Part shown: one piece after another, positions 56,154-63,625 of the stretch
How the letters are laid out: each line of letters starts with the position of its first letter
Position numbering within the stretch: the first letter of the stretch is position 1
NCBI GenBank assembly: GCA_036507475.1
Contig: DATCJA010000022.1
Span: 23,093 to 87,092, forward strand
Length of the DNA: 64,000 nt
Source: Vicinamibacterales bacterium
Lineage (GTDB): Bacteria; Acidobacteriota; Vicinamibacteria; Vicinamibacterales; UBA2999
Direction: 5' to 3'
Translations under genes and position numbers: made by a program
Notes under the pieces: generated by a model
The model's input: only the letters and a program-made list of their open reading frames with translations
What the model was told of the DNA's origin: nothing
Databases searched by the model: none

Positions 56154-56753
56154 ATCGCTTTCGACCGTTCGCCCCGCCGTGACGATCGCACACGCATCAA
56201 CGAGCGCATTCGGGTGCGCGAGATCCGCGTCATTGATGAAAGCGGACAGCAGCTCGGGATCATGGCGCCTCCTCAGGCGCTTGTGATTGCCAAGCAGAAA
56301 GGGCTGGACCTGGTCGAGATCTCGCCGACTGCAGTGCCGCCTGTGTGCCGAATCATGGATTTCGGCAAGTACCAGTACCAGGAGCAGAAGCGGACCCGGG
56401 AAGCCAAGAAACACCAGCGCGTCATCGAGGTCAAGGAGATCAAGTTCCGGCCGAAGGTGGACGAGCACGACTACCAGTTCAAGAAGAAGCACATCGAGCG
56501 CTTCCTGGCCGACGGCGACAAGGTCAAGGCGACGATTTTCTTTCGCGGCCGCGAGATGGCACATCCGGATATCGGACAGCGCATCCTTGAACGGCTGATG
56601 GGCGAACTCGCGGATGTAGCGATGCCGGAGACGAACCCGCGGATGGAAGGCAACCAGATGCACGTGATTCTAAGTCAGCGCACGGGACGCAAAGCCGCGG
56701 CAAAGCCACGATCCCAGGAGGCAGCGCCAGAGCCTGCGGCGACGGAGGACTGA
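56154..56753 (+). CDS. infC: translation initiation factor IF-3, probable AUC start
   Basis: The ORF track begins at GTG 56214 ([16 protein letters not shown]). The in-frame upstream codons read [20 protein letters not shown], which is the conserved IF-3 N-terminus. The only start-like codon behind the GGAGGAG SD (56145-56151) is ATC 56154. Confidence 0.8.
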   Translation: MAFDRSPRRDDRTRINERIRVREIRVIDESGQQLGIMAPPQALVIAKQKGLDLVEISPTAVPPVCRIMDFGKYQYQEQKRTREAKKHQRVIEVKEIKFRPKVDEHDYQFKKKHIERFLADGDKVKATIFFRGREMAHPDIGQRILERLMGELADVAMPETNPRMEGNQMHVILSQRTGRKAAAKPRSQEAAPEPAATED

Positions 56754-56754
56754 A

Positions 56755-56829
56755 TTAGGCTTTCGGCTGTAGGCTTTGGCCAGAACCCAGAGTCGCCTTA
56801 AGCCTAGAGCCCAAAGCCTAGAGCCCAAA
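56755..56829. repeat. C-family periodic-arm hairpin (infC|rpmI spacer)
   Basis: TTAGGCTTTCGGCTGTAGGCTTTGGCC ... GCCTTAAGCCTAGAGCCCAAAGCCTAGAGCCCAAA. Shares units with 16131-16239. Confidence 0.75.
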
Positions 56830-56833
56830 ACAA

Positions 56834-57031
56834 ATGCCCAAACTCAAAACACATCGCGGCGCCGCGAAGCGCTTCAAGAAGACCGGCACCGGAAAAATCC
56901 TGCGTGGAGCGGCATTCAAACGTCATATTCTGACCGGCAAGACCACGAAGCTGAAGCGCAAGATGCGCAAACTCCGGCAGGTCGCCGATCCGGACGCGCC
57001 GAAGCTGCAGCGGATGCTGCCCTACAAGTGA
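56834..57031 (+). CDS. rpmI: 50S ribosomal protein L35
   Basis: 65-aa [25 protein letters not shown]... Confidence 0.95.
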   Translation: MPKLKTHRGAAKRFKKTGTGKILRGAAFKRHILTGKTTKLKRKMRKLRQVADPDAPKLQRMLPYK

Positions 57032-57037
57032 CGCGCG

Positions 57038-57107
57038 AAATGCAAAATGCAGGATGCAAAATGCAAACACTGCATCGTTTGAAATTATGCATTTTGAATT
57101 TTGAATT
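57038..57107. repeat. B-family periodic-arm hairpin (rpmI|rplT spacer)
   Basis: AAATGCAAAATGCAGGATGCAAAATGCAAA ... TTTGAAATTATGCATTTTGAATTTTGAATT. Confidence 0.7.
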
Positions 57108-57122
57108 ACAGGATCGAGGACC

Positions 57123-57494
57123 ATGCCAAGAGTAAAAAGAGGGACCGTCCGCCGCGCCAAGCGTAAGAAGCTCCTTGCGCGCGCGAAAGGCTTTTACCAG
57201 ACCAAGAGCAAGCTGTATCGCGCCGCCAAAGAAGCGGTCGACACCGCGGGCAAGTACGCCTTCGTCGGCCGCAAGAACAAGAAGCGCGACTTCCGACGCC
57301 TGTGGGTTGTCCGGATCAACGCCGCCGCACGCGAAAATGGACTCACGTACTCGCAACTGATGCGTGGAATGAAGGCGGCAGGCATTGCGGTCGATCGGAA
57401 GATGCTGGCCGACCTGGCCGCTACCCAAGGTGCAGCGTTCGCAAAGGTGGCGGCGCAGGCCAAGGCCGCACTTCCCGCCCAGCCTTCCGCCTAG
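57123..57494 (+). CDS. rplT: 50S ribosomal protein L20
   Basis: 123-aa [42 protein letters not shown]... Confidence 0.95.
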   Translation: MPRVKRGTVRRAKRKKLLARAKGFYQTKSKLYRAAKEAVDTAGKYAFVGRKNKKRDFRRLWVVRINAAARENGLTYSQLMRGMKAAGIAVDRKMLADLAATQGAAFAKVAAQAKAALPAQPSA

Positions 57495-57584
57495 TCAATG
57501 CACAAGTCACAAGGCACAAAGCACACGTCACAAGGAACGGTGCGTTGTGACTTGAGCCCTGTGCCTTGTGACTTGTGACTTGAT
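57494..57584. repeat. periodic-arm hairpin (CACAAGT heptamers; rplT|pheS spacer)
   Basis: The left arm contains CACAAGTCACAAGGCACA. The right arm contains its exact complement TGTGCCTTGTGACTTGTG. Confidence 0.8.
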
Positions 57585-57587
57585 CGC

Positions 57588-58670
57588 ATGTCGGACCTCT
57601 CCGTGATCGAGGCGCTGCGCGCCGATTTTCGCGCGCGACTCGCCACCGCTGGCACCGACCGCGATCTCAAGACGCTGGACGATCAGTTCCTGAGCCGGCG
57701 CAGCGGGTCGGTGACGGCGCTCCTCAAGCAAATCGCGACGGTGCCGGCCGGGGAGCGGCGGCAATTCGGCCAGCTCGTCAACGCGCTCAAGACGGAAATC
57801 GAAGCAGCGTTGGAGGAAAGACGCGCCGCGGTCGAAGCGGCGCACGCCCCCGCCGGCGCCATGGACGTCACCCTCGCGAGCCGTGAGATCCCGATCGGCC
57901 GCATCCACCCGTTGATGCGTGTGCGGCAGCAGGTGGAAGACATCTTCAGCCACATGGGCTACGAGATTCTCGAGGGCCCTGAAGTCGAGGACGATTACCA
58001 CAACTTCGAGGCCCTCAACATGCCGCCGGATCATCCCGCGCGCGACATGCAGGACACGCTGTACCTTGGCGTCCCCATTGTCGGCGGCACGTGGGGCGCT
58101 CACGGCGGCACGCTGCCGGCAGCCCAGGTCCGGGCTGCGACGCTGCTCCGCACTCACACATCTGCGATGCAGATCCGGTACATGAAGACGTTTCCACCAC
58201 CGATCCGCATCATCGTCCCTGGACGCGTGTACCGCCGCGACAACCTGGATCTGAGTCACACACCGATGTTCCAGCAGTTCGAAGGGCTCGTAGTCGGCCA
58301 CGGCGTCACGCTGGCCGATCTCAAGGGCACGTTCGAGGCGATGCTGCGCCAATTGTTTGGCGACGTGAAGGTACGACTGCGTCCGAGTTTCTTTCCCTAC
58401 ACCGAACCGAGCGCGGAGGTGGATATCAGTTGTCAAAGCTGCGCGGGATCGGGCTGCGGCACCTGCAAACACACCGGCTGGCTCGAGATTCTGGGCAGCG
58501 GGATGGTGCATCCGGCCGTCTTCGAAGCCGTGGGCTACGACCCTGAACAGGTGACCGGATTTGCCTTCGGCATGGGGATGGAGCGCGTGGCCATGCTGAA
58601 GTACGGCGTCGATGACATCCGTCTGTTCTACGAAAACGACCTCCGATTCCTGGAGCAGTTTCCGCTGTGA
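57588..58670 (+). CDS. pheS: phenylalanine--tRNA ligase subunit alpha
   Basis: 360-aa ORF with class II motifs (HPARDMQDTLY, FRPSFFPYTEPSAEVD, GMGMERVAMLKYG). Confidence 0.95.
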   Translation: MSDLSVIEALRADFRARLATAGTDRDLKTLDDQFLSRRSGSVTALLKQIATVPAGERRQFGQLVNALKTEIEAALEERRAAVEAAHAPAGAMDVTLASREIPIGRIHPLMRVRQQVEDIFSHMGYEILEGPEVEDDYHNFEALNMPPDHPARDMQDTLYLGVPIVGGTWGAHGGTLPAAQVRAATLLRTHTSAMQIRYMKTFPPPIRIIVPGRVYRRDNLDLSHTPMFQQFEGLVVGHGVTLADLKGTFEAMLRQLFGDVKVRLRPSFFPYTEPSAEVDISCQSCAGSGCGTCKHTGWLEILGSGMVHPAVFEAVGYDPEQVTGFAFGMGMERVAMLKYGVDDIRLFYENDLRFLEQFPL

Positions 58671-60829
58671 AGGTTCCGCTGTCGTGGCTGCGGGAGCTCG
58701 TGCCGGTGCAGGAGTCGGCGGAAGCGCTCGCGCGGACGATGTCGGTGCGCGGTTTCGCCGTCGAGGGCATCGAGTACGACGTCGAGTCTTCTCCTCACTC
58801 GACGAGCAACGCCAGAGCCGGGGTGCCGGAGACGACGGGGCCCGACCCGGTGATCGATTTCGAGGTGACTGCCAACCGGCCTGACTGCATGTCGATGATC
58901 GGCATTGCACGCGAGGTTGCCGTGGCATACGGGCTGCCGCTCCTGCCGCCGGGTCGCCCTCCGGCCGTACCCGGCCTAAGTACCGATGATCGTGGGGCGG
59001 GTGCCGGTCAAGCGCTCCAATCAGTTTTTTCCGATGGGTCGCCGCAAGCCGGACCCGCCACCCCGCTCGAAATCATCATCGAGGACGCCGACCTTTGCCC
59101 CCGTTATGTCGGAGCGGTTGCGGACGTCACCATCGGCTCTTCTCCCGACTGGATGCAGGCGCGGCTCCGGGCAGCCGGCATCCGCCCGATCAGCAACATC
59201 GTCGATGTCACCAACTATGTGCTGCTCGAGATGGGGCATCCGATGCACGCGTTCGATCTGCCCAAGCTCGCCGGCGCGCAGATTCACGTGAGAACAGCCC
59301 GCCCGGACGAAATGCTCAAGACGCTCGATGGCCAGTCGCGGGCGTTGTCACCTGAAATGCTCGTGATCGCGGATGCCGAGCGCGCCGTGGCAGTGGCAGG
59401 TGTCATGGGCGGCGCCGATTCCGAGGTGACGAGCTCGACGAAAGCAATCGTGCTCGAGAGCGCGTACTTCAATCCCGTGTCCGTCCGCCGGACGAGCAAA
59501 ACACTCGGACTCAAGACGGAAGCCAGCATGCGTTTCGAACGCGGCGCCGACCCTGCTCTACCGGTGGACGCGATGAGGAGGGCGGTCGCGCTGATTGAAC
59601 TGATTGGCGCCGGGCGCGGCCGGGGTGCGGTCGTGGATCGCTACCCGAAACTGATCGAGCCTCGGATGCTTCGATTGAGACGGTCACGAATCGGCGCCTT
59701 GCTCGGCGCTTCGGTTCCAGATGCCGATGTGCTCCGCATCCTGGGCGGCCTCGGCTTCGCGTTGCAAGACGCCGATGACGGCTGGGAGATAACCGTCCCG
59801 ACCCGTCGAGTAGACACCGTGCGTGAGGTCGACCTCATCGAAGAGGTCGCGCGGCACTACGGCTTCGATCGCCTGCCAGTGACGTTCCCGGCACTGACAT
59901 CCGCGCCGCCTCCAGTGGATCCAACGATCGTTCGCGCCCGTCAACTGCGCGCGGTGCTGACGGCCGCCGGATTTTCGGAAGCGGTGACGTTCGGGTTCAT
60001 GAGCGAGCCGGCAGCTATCCCGTTCGTCAGCACGGGCGACCTCGTGCCGATTGCCAATCCGCTCTCGGAGAACTTTGCGGTGCTTCGGCCATCGGTGCTG
60101 CCAGGTCTCATCGACGCCCTGGCACATAACCGCCGACGCGAACAGCGCGACATCCGGCTGTTCGAAATTGGCGCGCGGTTCACGCGGTCGGATGGCGAAC
60201 GCCGCGCCGTCGCGTGCGCGTGGACCGGAATGGCGGCGCCCGAACATTGGAGCGGCTCTGGCCGTCTCGTCGATTTCTTCGACATCAAGTCGGTTGTCGA
60301 ACGTGTCTGCGAAGCCGTTGGCGTCCAGGTTCGCACGGAGCCCTCCAGCCAGGCATGGCTGACGCCAGGACAAAGGGCCGATGTTCTGGCGAATGAAGCA
60401 CGAGTCGGCGTCGTGGGTCAGCTCACCACCACCCTTGCTGACTCGCATGGGCTCCCGAGCAGCGATTCTGTATACGTCGCCGAAATCGACCTGGAAACGC
60501 TCGAACAGATCGCCGCCGGGCGCGTGGTGCGCGTGACGCCCCTGCCACGCTACCCGTCGGTCACGCGCGATATCTCTGTGGTGATCGAGAACAGCGTGAC
60601 GGCCGCCGAGATCCGGCGCACGATACAGGACATTGCACGCGCGCTTCTCGTGCGGATTAGCGAGTTCGATAGGTACCAGGGCAAGGGAATTCCCGAGGGG
60701 AGGGTCAGTCTGTCGCTGCATCTGACTTTCCGGTCATCTGACAGAACTCTTACTGACGAGGAAGTGCAAGCCACGATGGATCTCATCATTGCGGCGCTCA
60801 AAGACCGCCACCGCGCGGTTCAGCGCTAG
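58667..60829 (+). CDS. pheT: phenylalanine--tRNA ligase subunit beta (short form lacking the N-terminal OB-fold tRNA-binding domain)
   Basis: 720-aa ORF with B3_4, B5, catalytic-like and FDX-ACB domains. Between MKVPLSWLRELV...GFAVEGIEYD and VIDFEVTANRPDCMS there are only about 25 residues; the tRNA_bind domain normally sits there. Confidence 0.9.
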   Translation: MKVPLSWLRELVPVQESAEALARTMSVRGFAVEGIEYDVESSPHSTSNARAGVPETTGPDPVIDFEVTANRPDCMSMIGIAREVAVAYGLPLLPPGRPPAVPGLSTDDRGAGAGQALQSVFSDGSPQAGPATPLEIIIEDADLCPRYVGAVADVTIGSSPDWMQARLRAAGIRPISNIVDVTNYVLLEMGHPMHAFDLPKLAGAQIHVRTARPDEMLKTLDGQSRALSPEMLVIADAERAVAVAGVMGGADSEVTSSTKAIVLESAYFNPVSVRRTSKTLGLKTEASMRFERGADPALPVDAMRRAVALIELIGAGRGRGAVVDRYPKLIEPRMLRLRRSRIGALLGASVPDADVLRILGGLGFALQDADDGWEITVPTRRVDTVREVDLIEEVARHYGFDRLPVTFPALTSAPPPVDPTIVRARQLRAVLTAAGFSEAVTFGFMSEPAAIPFVSTGDLVPIANPLSENFAVLRPSVLPGLIDALAHNRRREQRDIRLFEIGARFTRSDGERRAVACAWTGMAAPEHWSGSGRLVDFFDIKSVVERVCEAVGVQVRTEPSSQAWLTPGQRADVLANEARVGVVGQLTTTLADSHGLPSSDSVYVAEIDLETLEQIAAGRVVRVTPLPRYPSVTRDISVVIENSVTAAEIRRTIQDIARALLVRISEFDRYQGKGIPEGRVSLSLHLTFRSSDRTLTDEEVQATMDLIIAALKDRHRAVQR

Positions 60830-60882
60830 GATTGTGCTACCATCGGCGCGGCAAGACTCTCCCTACAATGTGAGGCGGTGGG

Positions 60883-61158
60883 ATGGCAAAGCAGGCGGTC
60901 GCGCGCGCAATCGATCTCGACCCAATCGATCGACTGGAAGAAAAGATCAAGCTTCTCGTGAGCGTCGTCACGGGGCTCCGCGCCGATCAGGCGAAGGCAG
61001 CGGACGAGAACGGGCGTCTCATGCAGGAAATCGACGCGCTGCGCTCCCGGCTGGCCGACGCACAGGGTGCCAGCGTCGAGCTCGATGCACTCCGCGAGGA
61101 GCGCGAGGCAGTTCGGCAACGCGTTGCCGAAATGCTCTCGCATCTCGAGGCGATTTGA
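60883..61158 (+). CDS. ZapB-like coiled-coil protein
   Basis: 91-aa ORF that is all heptad-like coiled coil (LEEKIKLLVSVVTGLRADQAKAADENGRLMQEIDALRSRLADAQ), immediately upstream of zapA. Confidence 0.45.
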   Translation: MAKQAVARAIDLDPIDRLEEKIKLLVSVVTGLRADQAKAADENGRLMQEIDALRSRLADAQGASVELDALREEREAVRQRVAEMLSHLEAI

Positions 61159-61230
61159 TGTCTTTGGTCCCTGGTCTTTGGTCTTCGGTGAGCACGAGAG
61201 AGAAAAGACTAGAGACCAAAGACCAGACAT
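61158..61230. repeat. periodic-arm hairpin (GTCTTTG heptamers; zapB-like|zapA spacer)
   Basis: ATGTCTTTGGTCCCTGGTCTTTGGTCTTCGG ... AGACTAGAGACCAAAGACCAGACAT. Confidence 0.75.
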
Positions 61231-61237
61231 ATTTCCA

Positions 61238-61558
61238 ATGAGCGGTGTTGTCACCGTTGAAATCGGCGGACAGCGGTACCCAATCCGAAGCGGTCTCGAT
61301 CCGGCGTACGTCGGCGAGCTGGCCGCGTATGTCGATCAGAAGATGCGCGCCGCATCCGACGCCGCACCAACGACGGACATGCTTGGATTGGCAATTCTCG
61401 TGGCCCTCAACCTCGCTGACGAATACTTCCGGGCGCGACAAAATCAGTCCGCATCCAACGGAGAGCTCAACGAACGGGCCCTGCGGCTGGAACAGCTCGT
61501 CGATCAGATCCTGGGCGACTCCGGCGCAGGCCTCAAGGTCGGCAGCGTACGGCTGTAA
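61238..61558 (+). CDS. zapA: cell division protein ZapA
   Basis: The ORF track frame runs 61067..61558. I set the start at ATG 61238 (MSGVVTVEIGGQRYPIRSGLDPAYVGELAAYVDQKMR...LAILVALNLADEY). Confidence 0.8.
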   Translation: MSGVVTVEIGGQRYPIRSGLDPAYVGELAAYVDQKMRAASDAAPTTDMLGLAILVALNLADEYFRARQNQSASNGELNERALRLEQLVDQILGDSGAGLKVGSVRL

Positions 61559-61608
61559 CGACCGCCTCATCTACTCATAACTGTTCTATTATCAACAATT
61601 TAGATGGC

Positions 61609-61637
61609 TTGACCCGCCCTCGGCCGCGGGCTAAGAT
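61609..61637 (+). promoter_or_regulatory. sigma70-like promoter for the 6S RNA candidate
   Basis: TTGACC (61609-61614), 17-nt spacer, TAAGAT (61632-61637). Preceded by an AT-rich stretch (TTCTATTATCAACAATTTAGA). Confidence 0.5.
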
Positions 61638-61643
61638 TCGTAA

Positions 61644-61830
61644 AGCTCCTGCTTTGCTCGTGATGGTTCGGAGGCTCGTCTGAGCCAACGTCGTCACCCA
61701 AGTGAGCCGCGGGGTCGCGTGTTGTGCATGCCTCTGTGGTGAGGAAGCCTGAAACGCGGCCGATAACAGCGGTTCCACCTGCTTTAGCAGGTTCATTCGA
61801 CCTCCCCACACGGCAAAGCGGGACTGATTC
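61644..61830 (+). ncRNA. ssrS: 6S RNA candidate
   Basis: Closing stem TCCTGCTTTGC (61647-61657) / GCAAAGCGGGA (61813-61823). Second stem CGTG..GGAGG / CCTCC..CACG. Apical stem GCCGCG/CGCGGC. The bubble strands resemble E. coli 6S as I remember it: CUGAGCC at the 5' bubble, CACCUG-CUUUAG-CAGGUUCA versus CACCUUGAACCAAGGGUUCA at the 3' bubble hairpin, and a ..AUUCCC 3' end. The position after zapA matches the known zapA-ssrS synteny. Ends are approximate. Confidence 0.65.
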
Positions 61831-61841
61831 CCCCTTCTGAG

Positions 61842-62837
61842 TTGCCCACTCGCACCGTTGCCGACCTCGGCGAGCGCGCGCTCGTGCACCGCATTACGAC
61901 GCGGCTCGCGACGCCGAACTGGGTCGTTGTCGGACCAGGCGACGATGCCGCTGTCGTGGAGCCGGAGCGCGGATCGCTCGAGGTGCTCACGACCGATATA
62001 CAGGTCGAAGACGTGCACTTCGACCGTCGGTTCGTGGCGCCGGACGCCATCGGGCACCGCTCGCTCGCTGTCAATTTGAGCGATCTGGCGGCAATGGGCG
62101 CGCGGCCTCGCGCCGCACTGTTGTCCCTTGTGCTGCCCGACGCGCTCGACGTGGCCGTTGTCGACGGCCTGCTCGACGGGATGCTCGCGCTGGCAGAGGT
62201 TCACCGCGTCGCCGTCATCGGTGGCAACGTGTCGCGTTCGCCCGGGCCGCTCATGGTGGACGTCACCGCAACCGGCAGCGTGCGTCGGAGGCGCATTCTG
62301 ACCCGCGCCGGCGCGCGTCCCGGCGACGGGGTGTACGTGACCGGCACGCTTGGCGATGCGCTCGTCGGATTGAGATCGTTGCAACGGGGAGGATCACAGC
62401 GATTGGCCGAACAGGAACGGCGATATCTGCGTCCCGATCCGCGCGTCCGCACGGGTTTCCAGCTCGCGGCGAATCGCGCCGCGTCGGCGTGCATGGACCT
62501 GAGCGATGGTCTTGCGGACGCCGTCCGTCAGATTGCGGAGGCGTCGCACGTCGGCATGAAGCTCGAGGCGAGCGCGCTGCCGATCGCGGATGCAGTGCGG
62601 CGATGGCACGAAGACGAAGGACATGACGCGGTCGCGTGCGCCCTTCGAGGCGGCGAGGACTACGAGCTGCTTTTCACTGTTCGGCAGGCCCATCAGGGAC
62701 GACTTCGTGCCGTGCGGAGGGCAGCCGGCACCGTGCCGATGACGCGAATCGGCGTCGTGACCAGGGGGCCGCAGATCTCGATCGAGGTTGCGGGCGAGGA
62801 ACGACCTCTGCCCGAAGGGTTCCAACATTTTCGATGA
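61842..62837 (+). CDS. thiL: thiamine-monophosphate kinase
   Basis: 331-aa ORF with a TTG start. LTTDIQVEDVHF...AVNLSDLAAMGA...GGNVS...DLSDGLA is the AIR-synthase-related pattern. Confidence 0.85.
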   Translation: MPTRTVADLGERALVHRITTRLATPNWVVVGPGDDAAVVEPERGSLEVLTTDIQVEDVHFDRRFVAPDAIGHRSLAVNLSDLAAMGARPRAALLSLVLPDALDVAVVDGLLDGMLALAEVHRVAVIGGNVSRSPGPLMVDVTATGSVRRRRILTRAGARPGDGVYVTGTLGDALVGLRSLQRGGSQRLAEQERRYLRPDPRVRTGFQLAANRAASACMDLSDGLADAVRQIAEASHVGMKLEASALPIADAVRRWHEDEGHDAVACALRGGEDYELLFTVRQAHQGRLRAVRRAAGTVPMTRIGVVTRGPQISIEVAGEERPLPEGFQHFR

Positions 62838-63574
62838 TGGGACGCACACTCATCTCGCGGTCTCTTGGCCGGAAGCTGGCGGTCACCTTCATCGCCGTTG
62901 TCGGCTTCCTGCTGATGTACGAGGCCAGCATGTTCGACCTGCGCCAGGTGGGCCCTGCCGGCGTCGTCGATCCAACGTTGCCTGCTGCGGGTGCGCGGCT
63001 CGTGTTCACCGCGACCGCCTACTGCAAGGGCACGACGACCGCGGCAGGCGTCAAGGTGCGAACCGGGATTGCGGCCTCCGATCCCTCGATCCTACCCGTC
63101 GGAAGCGTAGTGAACGTCAGCACGCACAACACGAAGTACAACGGCGTGTACACGATCATGGATACCGGACCCAAAGTGCAGGGGCGCGAGCTCGACCTTT
63201 ACATGTGGAGCTGCCATGAGGCGCTCGCGTTCGGACGAAGGCTGGTGGAGCTCAACGTGCTGCGCCTCGGGTGGAACCCGAGCGCCAGCACGCCAAGCTT
63301 CATCGACCGATTATTCCGGAGGCGCGACGCGGCACGAATCACGCCCCCGGTTGAGCAACCCGCTCAGGCCCCGAATGCAGCGGGGAACGACGACGGTGTG
63401 AAAGGCACGACGGCAGACTTCGAGGATGTCCCGGAAACGGGCACCGAATCGCCGGCCACGGCATCATCTTCCGATATCGCTGTCGGCGCGTCCGGCCCGA
63501 CATCCACACCGGTCCTGCCAGCGACACCCGCCGCGTCGGTCGCATCCACGCCACAGACTTCCAACACACCGTAG
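62834..63574 (+). CDS. 3D domain protein (MltA-like fold) with Pro/Ser/Thr-rich tail
   Basis: The ORF track frame runs 62636..63574. I set the start at ATG 62834, overlapping the thiL stop. TM anchor, then FTATAYCKGTTTAAGVKVRTGIAASDPSILPVGSVV...YTIMDTGPKVQGRELDLYM. Confidence 0.65.
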   Translation: MMGRTLISRSLGRKLAVTFIAVVGFLLMYEASMFDLRQVGPAGVVDPTLPAAGARLVFTATAYCKGTTTAAGVKVRTGIAASDPSILPVGSVVNVSTHNTKYNGVYTIMDTGPKVQGRELDLYMWSCHEALAFGRRLVELNVLRLGWNPSASTPSFIDRLFRRRDAARITPPVEQPAQAPNAAGNDDGVKGTTADFEDVPETGTESPATASSSDIAVGASGPTSTPVLPATPAASVASTPQTSNTP

Positions 63575-63625
63575 ACGCGCCTGCTCTGGCTTTCTCCCCG
63601 CAGCGGTTGGCCATGGAGGCTCGCT

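Noticed and set aside
59684-60721. 345-aa minus-strand ORF
   Set aside because: It is antisense to pheT.
61644-61841. TPP (THI-box) riboswitch upstream of thiL
   Set aside because: CUGAG and ACCC are present, but about 95 nt separate ACCC from the ACCUG helix. The conserved ACCUGAUCNGGNUAAUNCCNGCGNAGGGA core is absent. The 6S RNA reading fits better, and thiL is not a typical TPP-riboswitch target.
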